Assembly (NCBI GenBank): GCA_963973975.1 | Contig: CAXBCF010000017.1 | Location: forward strand, 559 to 64,558 | Direction of reading: 5' to 3' | DNA from: an uncultured Flavobacteriales bacterium | Lineage (GTDB): Bacteria; Bacteroidota; Bacteroidia; Flavobacteriales_E; Vicingaceae | DNA: 64,000 nucleotides | In this document: piece by piece, positions 49,761 to 59,094 of the stretch | Position numbering within the stretch: the first letter of the stretch is position 1 | Layout: each line of letters starts with the position of its first letter | Translations under genes and position numbers: made by a program | The notes under the pieces: model-generated | Databases searched by the model: none | Seen by the model: the letters and a program-made list of their open reading frames with translations, nothing else | Told to the model about the DNA's origin: nothing

Positions 49761-52733
49761 TTAGTATTTAATGAGTTTCTTAGTTAAGATTTTGTTATCA
49801 AATACAATTTTCAGGAGATATACTCCTTGAGGATAAGTAGAAAGGTCTACTTGATTTTTACTGCTGATTACGTGTCTGATTTGTTGACCATTTAGTCCAA
49901 AAACTTCAATCGATTTTGCGCCATCAACTCCTGTCAATTGAAACAAGCCGTTAGAAGGATTGGGAAAAACATAGGTGTTATTGTTAGTGAGTAGCTCATC
50001 AACAAGTCCCACAGGGATAGGAGGCGTATAACCGCCCGCAGCGAATAAACTATCAACTTCAATATTGGAGATTTGTCTGCTGTAAATATTTACGTCATCA
50101 ATAATCCCGTCAAAAAATTGATTTCCATTGCCAATGTTTGGCCAATTCTGCGAAAAGGTAACCCCAATTTGGTTTTTACTTAGGTTGAAATTGAAAACTG
50201 CACCTTGCCCCATTCCAACCATTCTGCCATCAATGAAAACTTGCTGGTAGTTCGTGGAAGCTGCTAACACTAGATGATGCCATGAGCCGTCTGCCACATT
50301 TACTAACTGTTGATTAATGTTTGCATTTCCAGTACTCTTTAAAAAGGTAGCATGTAAATTGCCTGTGGTAGTGCCATCTACATACATTAGCGGCACAAAA
50401 AAAGTATTTGAAGAGGGTAGTGCATTCTGCTGGTGCCCAATTATGCCTCTCCCTTTTTGTGTTGTCTTAATCCATACTGAAATACTTCTTACGTCGCTTC
50501 TAAGTAGATTGTCTGGCATTGTTACTTGACTGTTTGTCCCATTAAAATAATAGGCAGAGGCAGGGTTTCCAAAACGATCTGTGGTATCTGTAACATTTAT
50601 TGCTGTACCATTGTTATTGCTTCCTGAACTATCTGCAGCATTGCCACTAAATAAATATCTTGCAGTATTTCCAACTTTAGTGGTACCTGTATCTACTTCG
50701 TTGTAAAGTTCAAGTGCTTCTGCAGCAGTAATTTTTCTGTCGTAAATTTTTACATCGTCAATGCTTCCAGTGAAGAAATTTTTCAAAGTATTATAGTTAG
50801 GCCAACCGGTTGCGTAGGTAGCTCCAATCTGATTTTTAGGCATGATTGATGAAGAAGTAATTCCTGCACCTGTACCTGAAAGAACACCATCAACATATAT
50901 TTCCTGACTGTTTAAGTCACCGCTTATTACCACATGATGCCAGAGCTGGGCAGCAACAGGAACATTGGAAGAAAGTATGTTGCTTGTGTTTGCCTTGTAA
51001 AAAGTGCCGTGCAAGTTGCCGGCAGAATTAATATATAAAAATGGATTCCAAGCAGTACTTGATTGTCCTACAGGATTGTTTTGAATGCCAATAATCCCTC
51101 CTGCATCCCCTGTTTTAAACCACAGCGATATAGAAATACTATCGCGTTCTAACAAACCATCTGGCAAACGAACTTCGCTATTGCTTCCATTAAAACTTAA
51201 TGCAGCATTGACATTTCCAAAGCGATCAAAAGTAGGGCTAGCGTTTAAACCTACGTTTATTCCATCATTTGCATTAGAAGTAGCGTCTAAAACAGAACCA
51301 TTATTAAACGGAAAATCAGCAATTAAGCCTACTTTAATAGGGAGAGGCGGTGGCAGTGGTACAACTAAGGTATCTGCGGCTAAAATAGCAGCTTCTATAT
51401 TCGAAAGTGGTCGATCAAAAATTTGAACATCATCGATAATTCCTTCAAAATACATATTGCCCAAAGTGTGTCCTGAAAAACCTTGTGCATAAGTTACTCC
51501 AATTTGATTGCTAACTACGTTGGTACTAACATTTAATACAATACCTGTGTCCGACCCTACAAAAACGCCGTCAATGTAAATGTTTTGATACTCCCTAGTA
51601 CCGGAAAGCACCACATGATGCCATGTAGAGTCAACAACATTTATTGTTGTTTTATTCACATTATTGCTATTTGATTTAGTAAATGATCCGTATAAATTGT
51701 TTGTTGAATCATTGGCAATGTATAGGTTGGGAGTATATTGAGAACTTATGCTTGTAATAATATTAGATTGTTGCCCAATGATTCCTCCTGCATTCGAACT
51801 TGCTTTAAACCATAAAGCAATACTTAAGGTGTCTTTTAAAAGTAAACTGTCTGGCAGTCTCACTTGGCTGCTGCTTCCGTTAAAATAATACGCCGATTGG
51901 GAGTTCCCAAATCGATCTGTAGTATCTACCACTCCTAATGGAGTGCCATTCAAGCCGTTTCCTGAACTGTCTAACGCATTACCACTAAATTTGTAGCTAG
52001 CAATGCTGTTAACGTATGTAGTTCCTGTATTTGCCTCCTCATAAAGTGACGTAACTTCAGCCGAAGTTAATACTCTATTGTAAATACGCACATCGTCTAT
52101 AGCTCCTTTAAAATATTTTAACCGCTGCGTTCCATAAAGGGGCCAGTTGGTGGCTGAAGTCACTCCAATTTGATTGAAAGCTAAACCTGGAACCAAACCA
52201 CCACCAGTTGCCGTTCCAACAGCAACACCATCGATATAACAACTTATTCCTCCACCGTTACCTGCAATCACTGCGTGATGCCAATTATTGTCTGTAACGT
52301 CACTCAATACTGTATTTACATTGCTGTTATTGTTTTTAAATGTAGTCGCGTGTAAATTATTATTGTCATTTACGTACATATTAGCCACCCAACCTGTTTG
52401 GTTGCTAAGTGTATATCCTCTGTTTTGCTGACCAATAATTCCACCAGGTGAGTTTGTTTTAAACCAAAGTGAGATCGTAATTGAACCTCTGTTTAACATA
52501 TTATTTGGAAGTACTACAACGCTGCTGCTACCATCAAAGTAAAGTGCATCACCTGCATTTCCAAATCGGTCTAATGTAGGTGTAACATTTGTACCTGTAC
52601 CGTTAGCATTAAAGGCTGAAAAATCATTGGTAGAGCCACCGGTAAACGGATAATGACCAACAAGTCCGGTTGTTGGAATTTGTGCAATTACTTGAGCACT
52701 GAATAAAATTAGAACGAATAAGCTGTTTTTCAT
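49761..52733 (-). CDS. Secreted protein with four LamG/ConA-like lectin modules and T9SS C-terminal sorting domain
   Basis: A four-fold ~225-aa repeat, each with DRFGN[AS]xxA[LY]xF[ND]GS[NS]SxVxLP...[IL]S[IL][AS][LV]W[FI]K[TA]...WHH[VAL]V...[IV]DDV[RQKN]I[YF][DNS]R. C-terminal YVFPNPSNGLFQL...GVYLLKI. Confidence 0.85.
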   Translation of the reverse strand: MKNSLFVLILFSAQVIAQIPTTGLVGHYPFTGGSTNDFSAFNANGTGTNVTPTLDRFGNAGDALYFDGSSSVVVLPNNMLNRGSITISLWFKTNSPGGIIGQQNRGYTLSNQTGWVANMYVNDNNNLHATTFKNNNSNVNTVLSDVTDNNWHHAVIAGNGGGISCYIDGVAVGTATGGGLVPGLAFNQIGVTSATNWPLYGTQRLKYFKGAIDDVRIYNRVLTSAEVTSLYEEANTGTTYVNSIASYKFSGNALDSSGNGLNGTPLGVVDTTDRFGNSQSAYYFNGSSSQVRLPDSLLLKDTLSIALWFKASSNAGGIIGQQSNIITSISSQYTPNLYIANDSTNNLYGSFTKSNSNNVNKTTINVVDSTWHHVVLSGTREYQNIYIDGVFVGSDTGIVLNVSTNVVSNQIGVTYAQGFSGHTLGNMYFEGIIDDVQIFDRPLSNIEAAILAADTLVVPLPPPLPIKVGLIADFPFNNGSVLDATSNANDGINVGLNASPTFDRFGNVNAALSFNGSNSEVRLPDGLLERDSISISLWFKTGDAGGIIGIQNNPVGQSSTAWNPFLYINSAGNLHGTFYKANTSNILSSNVPVAAQLWHHVVISGDLNSQEIYVDGVLSGTGAGITSSSIMPKNQIGATYATGWPNYNTLKNFFTGSIDDVKIYDRKITAAEALELYNEVDTGTTKVGNTARYLFSGNAADSSGSNNNGTAINVTDTTDRFGNPASAYYFNGTNSQVTMPDNLLRSDVRSISVWIKTTQKGRGIIGHQQNALPSSNTFFVPLMYVDGTTTGNLHATFLKSTGNANINQQLVNVADGSWHHLVLAASTNYQQVFIDGRMVGMGQGAVFNFNLSKNQIGVTFSQNWPNIGNGNQFFDGIIDDVNIYSRQISNIEVDSLFAAGGYTPPIPVGLVDELLTNNNTYVFPNPSNGLFQLTGVDGAKSIEVFGLNGQQIRHVISSKNQVDLSTYPQGVYLLKIVFDNKILTKKLIKY

Positions 52734-52784
52734 ATTGTTTTTTTTGTAAAAAAAGACAGCCTGTTTCCTATGAAATCAAATAAC

Positions 52785-52815
52785 TTTCCGAAAGCCATAA
52801 ATTTATTTCCGAAGC
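52785..52815. promoter_or_regulatory. Direct-repeat element upstream of the LamG-repeat gene (candidate LytTR operator)
   Basis: TTTCCGAAAGC-N10-TTTCCGAAGC, with repeat starts 21 nt apart, 52-82 nt upstream of the start codon. The core CGAA(A)GCCATAA(A)TTTATTT(T)CCG is shared with 49581-49609. Confidence 0.45.
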
Positions 52816-52989
52816 AAAAAATTTAGTATAAATAAGCAAATACAAATTACGCATTAGGAACAACAAAAACTTTTGAAATCTTTAAGGCTCAAAAGTTTCC
52901 TTTTCAACCCAATTAGATTATTTGAAAGAAGTTAGCTCCTACAATAAAGCCACTATTAATTAGCGAAAGGAGAAAACTTATAAAATAAG

Positions 52990-54261
52990 CTAACCTTTAT
53001 TCAAAAACACTTGCTTGTTATTGATTACACCAAGTACTTTTCCTTTTAATTCCATTCCAAAAAAGGGAGAATTAAATGATTTTGAGAGCACTTGATCTTT
53101 GCTAAATACAAATTTTTCAGATGGAGAAAACAAGGTGAGATTGGCTGTTTCTCCGACTTCAATGCTCGGTGTTTTAAGTTTTAAAATTGATGCAGGCCCT
53201 TCAGTAAAAAGTTCAATCAACGCTTCAATACTAATATGGTTTTCTAATGCGGTATGTGCACATGAAAAAGCAGTTTGGGCATTGATTATACCAAAGGCAG
53301 CATAATCCAATTCTTTTTTCTTTTGTTCAATATCTTCCGGTAAATGGTCGGAACAAATTGCATCAACAAGTCCGTCTTTTATTCCTTTGATCAATTGTTT
53401 AATGCTGGATTTACTTCTCAAAGGAGGTAAAGTTTTAAAACGACTGTCGAACTCAACTAATTCTTCATCACTCAATAAAAGGTTATAACTTGCCACATCG
53501 CAACTCACTTTAAAGCCATCTTTCTTCGCTTTTTTGATCAATTGCAGTGATTCAGGTGATGAGATTGTTGCAAAATGCAAACGCCCATCGGCATAGTCTA
53601 GTAAATAAAGATCTCGGTTCACCATCATAACTTCTGCTACTTCAGGAATTCCCTTTAAACCAAGTCTAGTACTTGTAGCCCCTTCATTCATCACTCCTTC
53701 TTCACATAAAGCAGCAGTATTTGGAAAATTCACTACCAATCCATCAAATGCTTTGGTGTAGCGAAGTGCGCGATACAATAAATTAGGATTTTTGATGGAT
53801 AATTTCCCATCTGAAAAAGCAACAGCTCCACTTTGTTTCATGTCGTTAAGCTCCGCGAGTTCTTTGCCTTCACAGTTTTTTGAAATGGCACCATAAGGCA
53901 TGGCATCAACAATATTGCCTTTAGTTTGATTGATTAAGTATTCAATTTGCGACTTTGAGTCACGAGTGGGGTAAGTATTCGGAGCAACACAAACTCTAGT
54001 AAATCCACCTGAAGCTGAAGCGAAAAGTCCGGTTTTGAAGTTTTCTTTTTGCTCATCTCCCGGGTCTTGATAATTTACATTTAAATCAATCCAACCTTTT
54101 GAAAGATGTAGTCCTTTTGCTTCAATCGTTTTAATAGATTTTCCATCAATTGAAGGATTGATTTTTTCAATTTTACCGCCTTTAATTAAAACATCAGTTT
54201 GCTTTAAGTGAAAGCTACTCGTTCGGTCAATTATTTTAGCGTTTTTAATAAGAAGATCCAT
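52990..54261 (-). CDS. Dihydroorotase-like amidohydrolase (metal-binding HxH replaced; possibly non-catalytic)
   Basis: Amidohydrolase/DHOase layout (LLIKNAKIID...VLIKGGKIEKI, ICSDHLPEDIEQKK), but the position of the first HxH motif reads WIDLNVNYQDPG. Confidence 0.75.
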   Translation of the reverse strand: MDLLIKNAKIIDRTSSFHLKQTDVLIKGGKIEKINPSIDGKSIKTIEAKGLHLSKGWIDLNVNYQDPGDEQKENFKTGLFASASGGFTRVCVAPNTYPTRDSKSQIEYLINQTKGNIVDAMPYGAISKNCEGKELAELNDMKQSGAVAFSDGKLSIKNPNLLYRALRYTKAFDGLVVNFPNTAALCEEGVMNEGATSTRLGLKGIPEVAEVMMVNRDLYLLDYADGRLHFATISSPESLQLIKKAKKDGFKVSCDVASYNLLLSDEELVEFDSRFKTLPPLRSKSSIKQLIKGIKDGLVDAICSDHLPEDIEQKKKELDYAAFGIINAQTAFSCAHTALENHISIEALIELFTEGPASILKLKTPSIEVGETANLTLFSPSEKFVFSKDQVLSKSFNSPFFGMELKGKVLGVINNKQVFLNKG

Positions 54262-54271
54262 GGCGCATTAA

Positions 54272-56299
54272 TTAAAGTATTCTCAAGAATAAAATTTCAA
54301 GTGCAATAAAAAACAAGGCTAAGATGATAAAATATTTCCAAAGTGGCGTACCTTCTTGCAAAGTTGAAATAGCATTGCTTAAAACGGCAGCTGGTTCATC
54401 AATAATTTTAATGCTTTGTCCGTGAATTTTAGCTTCTGCTTCCAATTCTCCAGAACTGTAAAATTGCAAATCTGATTCATTTCGATTGTAATTGAAAGAA
54501 ATAAAACCCAAACTTTGATCTCCTTTTACCAATTCGTAATGTCCTGCTTGTTTTAATTCATCTGTTAAGTCGAGTACTAACTTTCCTTTAATATAGCGCT
54601 GTGCAGGGATAAAATCTTGTCCATTTCCAATGATGTGAAGCGCTGCTTCTTTTTTAGCATCGAGTTTAGAACTGGAGATTTCAATGCTTGTATGGTTTAG
54701 GTTGTAATAAAGTGGTTTGGAACTTCCCGATTGCAAAGCCATATTAAACAGCAATGGAACAAATAAACCGTGATTCACTAAATTGCTCTCATCCGTATTA
54801 AAACCCACAGCACTTAAATAAACCTTTCCCTCACCGACTGAAGCTTTGAGAAGAAAGGGACTGTTATCACTAAAACTTAAAATGGGTTCTGAAATTAAGC
54901 GTGTTGCCAAATTGTAGGTCCATTTACCTTTTACTTTTGGAAGGTTTATGTTTTCATCTAAGGATTCAAAAACTGAGGAAAATAAATCAGCTTTTTTATT
55001 GATTTGAGTGACATTTTTGTCTTTGGTTTCATAGTTAATTACTGAACCTAAACCGAGTTGGTTCAAAAAATTCGACCATGTTTCTTTTTCAATTTTTGCA
55101 GAAGGAAATAGCGCTAAAGAGCCACCATCAAGTACAAAATTTTGAAGTGTGCTTTGCAAACCTGAACTCAATTCTGTGATTTCATCAAGAATGATTAATG
55201 CAGGTTTTTGAATCAGAGAATAATCAATCTCATCAATTTTTTGAGCGGTGTAATTGAATAAAGTATCCTTGGCAAATAAAGTCTGTATGTTTTTATTAGG
55301 TAATTCATTGAATAGATGAACGACATTAATATTTTCTTGAATGGAGTAATTAAAATACAGCGTATCATCAAAGGTGAGCGGATAATCCTTAATGATTAAC
55401 TTCCCTTTAACCTGACTCAATTCACCACTTCGATAGTTCATTTGACCAAGTGTAGAATCGTTTTCTTCTAAATCTATAAAGTGTGGCGACTTCAATTGGT
55501 TGTTGATGAAAAGCGAAACTGGTAATTGCTCTGTTTTTGTTTTAAATTGATTTTGAATAGTATAACTGAGCTTTTCTTCTTGATCTGTAAGGTGAAATGG
55601 TTGAGCAAACTTCAATGAAGCCAGGTTTAAATTTAGATTCCGATCTGCTTCAATTGGAATAATGTTTAATGGAACAGTATCCATTATTGATCTAAAATCT
55701 ACTTGATTTTTTTGTAAATCAGTGATGAGGTACAACTCTTGAGTTAATTGTTCATCACCATAGTTTTGGGTCATTCTACTCAACACTTCGCTCCACTTTT
55801 TATAGATAGGGGAGTAATTGACATTTTGCAATTCAGAAATAAAGTCCGCTTTATTCAACCATTGACTGTGTCGACTGCTAAAATCATTAGTCAAAATTTT
55901 GAATTGATCGGATTCTTTATAAGCATCTAAAATGGCTAGTGCTTTGGCTTTTGCTATGTCTAAATTTGTTCCTTTCTCCGAATTGATTTGCATGGAGAAT
56001 GAGTTGTCAATATAGATGCTTACTCCTTTTTTGCCTTTTTGAACCACTGTGCCTTCATTGCTCAAGTACGGCTGGCAAAAAGCTAGAACAAGCGCAGCAA
56101 TTGCCAATAATCTACTGAGTAAAATGAGTAGATGCTTGAGTTTGGAAGTAGATTGGGTTTCCTGCTTAATATTTTTTAGAAAACGAACTTGAGAGAAGCG
56201 AACTGTTTTGTATTTCCTGAAATTAAATAGGTGAATAATGATGGGAATTGCTAGAAAAAATAGCGCATATAGAAAATCAGGATAGAGTAATTTCATCAA
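54272..56299 (-). CDS. BatA-N-domain membrane protein (aerotolerance-operon-like family)
   Basis: N-terminus LLYPDFLYALFFLAIPIIIHLFNFRKYKTVRFSQVRFL is the typical BatA N-terminal TM motif; there is also a C-terminal TM helix. Confidence 0.75.
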   Translation of the reverse strand: MMKLLYPDFLYALFFLAIPIIIHLFNFRKYKTVRFSQVRFLKNIKQETQSTSKLKHLLILLSRLLAIAALVLAFCQPYLSNEGTVVQKGKKGVSIYIDNSFSMQINSEKGTNLDIAKAKALAILDAYKESDQFKILTNDFSSRHSQWLNKADFISELQNVNYSPIYKKWSEVLSRMTQNYGDEQLTQELYLITDLQKNQVDFRSIMDTVPLNIIPIEADRNLNLNLASLKFAQPFHLTDQEEKLSYTIQNQFKTKTEQLPVSLFINNQLKSPHFIDLEENDSTLGQMNYRSGELSQVKGKLIIKDYPLTFDDTLYFNYSIQENINVVHLFNELPNKNIQTLFAKDTLFNYTAQKIDEIDYSLIQKPALIILDEITELSSGLQSTLQNFVLDGGSLALFPSAKIEKETWSNFLNQLGLGSVINYETKDKNVTQINKKADLFSSVFESLDENINLPKVKGKWTYNLATRLISEPILSFSDNSPFLLKASVGEGKVYLSAVGFNTDESNLVNHGLFVPLLFNMALQSGSSKPLYYNLNHTSIEISSSKLDAKKEAALHIIGNGQDFIPAQRYIKGKLVLDLTDELKQAGHYELVKGDQSLGFISFNYNRNESDLQFYSSGELEAEAKIHGQSIKIIDEPAAVLSNAISTLQEGTPLWKYFIILALFFIALEILFLRIL

Positions 56300-56459
56300 G
56301 GTCGAAATTACAAATATTCGCAGATTGATGAAGTAAAAAATTTAATTGCTTTGTGATAGAATGAGTGCTTAAAAGAAGTCAATGAAAATTATCAACATTT
56401 TAATGGTTTTTAATTTTCGCTTTTTATATTTACACCTAAACTCTTTAAAACTATAAATT

Positions 56460-57017
56460 ATGAGAAAAGTATTTTTTTTAGCCGCAGGCTTATCGTTAAT
56501 GATTACTCAAACAGGTTGCTTTGGATCATTTGAGCTTGTAAAAAAAGTTTATGAAGTAAATGATGGGATATCCAATAATAAATTTATTAAATCATTAATT
56601 TTTTGGATCGGAGGTTTTGTATATGGAATTGCAGGATTTTTAGATGCAGTAATTTTTAATTTAATTGAATTTTGGACTGGATCTAATCCAATAGCGATGG
56701 AAGAAGGACAATATGAAGAACAATTATTGACTTTTAAAGGAGAAACTTATAAAATTGTGGCCACTAAAAATCAAATGACTTTTTTAAAATTGCAAGACGG
56801 TTCTTCTATTGATCTTGGGTCACTTAAATTCGATGCATCTAATTCCAGTTGGAATTTCGAAAAAGATAACCAGATAGTTGAATTAATCAGAGTTGAAGAA
56901 GATATTTTGAAATATTCTACAGAAGATGGAGTGAAAATAGCTAATGTTAGTGAATTAGATTGCATTGTAATAAATGAAAACTGGATTTCTACCAGTTTTG
57001 CCTTTGCTTCTAAGTAA
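56460..57017 (+). CDS. DUF3332-like lipoprotein
   Basis: Lipobox ITQTGC, followed by FGSFELVKKVYEVNDGISNNKFIKSLIFWIGGFVYGIAGFLDAVIFNLIEFWTG, which I recognise as the DUF3332 pattern. Confidence 0.7.
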   Translation: MRKVFFLAAGLSLMITQTGCFGSFELVKKVYEVNDGISNNKFIKSLIFWIGGFVYGIAGFLDAVIFNLIEFWTGSNPIAMEEGQYEEQLLTFKGETYKIVATKNQMTFLKLQDGSSIDLGSLKFDASNSSWNFEKDNQIVELIRVEEDILKYSTEDGVKIANVSELDCIVINENWISTSFAFASK

Positions 57018-57114
57018 TTTGTAAATCTTAAATTTAATGGAGTTCAGATACCATTTTTAAAAACGAGGTGAAACCGAAAAACCTTAAGAGTAGGTAACTT
57101 AAAACAAAAATAGA

Positions 57115-57408
57115 ATGAAAAAAACTTTTTTAAAATTATTATTTATTAGTTTCTTAACATTTTCAATGTCTGCTTGTTATACTAATACTTTTTCTATTGG
57201 TAAAGGAGCTCAAACTGGTGTTAAATATCAAAAAAAGAATCATTATTTAATTTATGGACTAGTACCACTAAGCAATGCTAATCCTGTAGAAATGGCTAAG
57301 GGTGCTGAAGATTATGATGTTACAATAGTACATACTTTTGTAGATGGTTTAATTAATGCTATTACTTTTGGAATTTATACTCCTACAACAACAATAGTAA
57401 GTAAATAA
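57115..57408 (+). CDS. Bor/Iss-family small lipoprotein
   Basis: 97 aa with lipobox SMSAC. The C-terminal HTFVDGLINAITFGIYTPTT parallels QTFVNGLLGFITLGIYTP of phage lambda Bor. Confidence 0.8.
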   Translation: MKKTFLKLLFISFLTFSMSACYTNTFSIGKGAQTGVKYQKKNHYLIYGLVPLSNANPVEMAKGAEDYDVTIVHTFVDGLINAITFGIYTPTTTIVSK

Positions 57409-57431
57409 TAAGAATATTTATTTTTTGCTAT

Positions 57432-57459
57432 AAAAACTCCCATTTTTATGGGAGTTTTT
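57432..57459 (+). terminator. Intrinsic terminator after the Bor-like gene
   Basis: AAAAACTCCCA-TTTTTA-TGGGAGTTTTT, an 11-bp stem. Confidence 0.75.
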
Positions 57460-57470
57460 ATATTATCTAT

Positions 57471-57653
57471 ATGAAAAATTTAAAAACTATTATTGGGTTA
57501 TTATTAATTATTATAGCTTTAATTTCACTGATAGAATATGCAATTGATTACAATCAATTGAGTGAATATGGTAAAGGATACATATGGGGTAAAATTGTAA
57601 TCTTAATAATTGGTTTCTTTTTAGTTTTTACTTCGCTAAGAAATAAAAAATAA
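57471..57653 (+). CDS. Possible 60-aa two-TM membrane peptide
   Basis: Two clean hydrophobic helices (IIGLLLIIIALISLI, IVILIIGFFLVF), but the ORF starts 12 nt after a terminator and I see no promoter. Confidence 0.35.
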   Translation: MKNLKTIIGLLLIIIALISLIEYAIDYNQLSEYGKGYIWGKIVILIIGFFLVFTSLRNKK

Positions 57654-57654
57654 T

Positions 57655-59010
57655 TTATTCCACAATAATTTTTCGAACCTCTTGTAGTCCATTCTTATCA
57701 CTTACTCGCACAAAATAGAGCCCTTTTGTATAGTTCGCAACTGAAATTTCATAGAGATTACCAGAATAAGAAGCGCTATGGACTAATTGACCGCTGATGG
57801 TATATAAATCAACCAACGCTTCATTTAGTGGTTGATTCGATTGAATCAATAGTTTATTTATCACAGGGTTTGGGCCAATACTCAGCTTAAATGCTTCATT
57901 CTTGATTTCCTTGATTGTTGTTAAGTTAGGATTGTAAAATTTGATAATTCGTTGAGGTGAAGAATTTGTTGCAATGAAAATTTCCCCGTATTGATTGGTA
58001 GTAATCGACCTCAATCGACCGAATGTGTTTGTGAAGAAGTCGTTTGTTCCTGTCACACTGTCTTTGCTAGCACTTAGTTCAATCTCAATCAGTTTTGAAT
58101 CTTTTAGTGTTGTCATCAATAAACTTCCTTGCCATTCAGGAATACTTGAATGATCGTAGTAAATTAACTGAGATGTAGCAACCGTTGGTGTCCAAGCAAT
58201 AATAGGCTCTACAACATTGGAATCATTGCAAAAAGTAATTTCTGAAGGAGTATTGCAAAATCCATTAACATTTGGCCAACCGTAATTTCTTCCTTTTACA
58301 ATAATGTTTAATTCATCGTCAGTGGTTGGTCCATGCTCAGAACTGTATAAAAAGTTATTGGCAAATACCAACCCCTGTGGATTGCGATGGCCCCAAGAAT
58401 AAATTGGGCTTCCCGAAATCGGGTTGTCAATTGGAATTGATCCGTTAAAATTAACTCGTAGTACTTTTCCCGCTAGTGTGTTGAGGTTTTGAGACAGTGT
58501 TGTATTATTTGCATCTCCGGTAGTCATGTAAATTTGATTGTTGAGGAAAAGAAGCCTTGAACCAATGTGTCCTCGGGCTGCAGGAATACTGTCAATTAAA
58601 ATTAGTTCACTGAGGAGGGTGTCTTGAATTGGATCGTAAATAAATCGTTCTAAACGTTCAAAAAAAGTAGAATTACTGTCTAAATAAGTATAGGCCAATA
58701 AAACTCTCGGAATAGCAGTAGTTTCGATAATTGCCATTCCAAGCATACCACTTTCACCGACTGCCTCAACTTCGTTTTGATAATCGAGCATGGTGTGCGT
58801 AATTCCCGTTGCTAAATCAATTCTACTCACTTTGCCAATGCGTTCGGTAAACCACAAAGAAGAATCTGAAGTATAAAGAATCTCCCATGGTGTGCTTAAA
58901 TTAGTTGCAAGCACAACAGTGTCTAGTTGAGTGTTTCCTATAGTAAATTGGGAGAAGCTATTTAGTTGAATTGAAATAAATAAGATTAAAAAGAAGGCTA
59001 ATTTTTTCAT
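57655..59010 (-). CDS. PQQ-dependent sugar (glucose/sorbosone) dehydrogenase-like beta-propeller with T9SS C-terminal sorting domain
   Basis: LSTPWEILYTSDSSLWFTERIGKV, GESGMLGMA, GHIGSRLLF and SWGHRNPQGL match soluble GSDH motifs. C-terminal SIGPNPVINKLLI...GLYFVRV. Confidence 0.8.
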   Translation of the reverse strand: MKKLAFFLILFISIQLNSFSQFTIGNTQLDTVVLATNLSTPWEILYTSDSSLWFTERIGKVSRIDLATGITHTMLDYQNEVEAVGESGMLGMAIIETTAIPRVLLAYTYLDSNSTFFERLERFIYDPIQDTLLSELILIDSIPAARGHIGSRLLFLNNQIYMTTGDANNTTLSQNLNTLAGKVLRVNFNGSIPIDNPISGSPIYSWGHRNPQGLVFANNFLYSSEHGPTTDDELNIIVKGRNYGWPNVNGFCNTPSEITFCNDSNVVEPIIAWTPTVATSQLIYYDHSSIPEWQGSLLMTTLKDSKLIEIELSASKDSVTGTNDFFTNTFGRLRSITTNQYGEIFIATNSSPQRIIKFYNPNLTTIKEIKNEAFKLSIGPNPVINKLLIQSNQPLNEALVDLYTISGQLVHSASYSGNLYEISVANYTKGLYFVRVSDKNGLQEVRKIIVE

Positions 59011-59094
59011 TTCGAGGTTGATTTAACTTCGAAGGTAGGATTAAAATTTTAAAATCGCTGTTAAAAGCGCAGAGATTTGTTCCTCAAATCAGAA

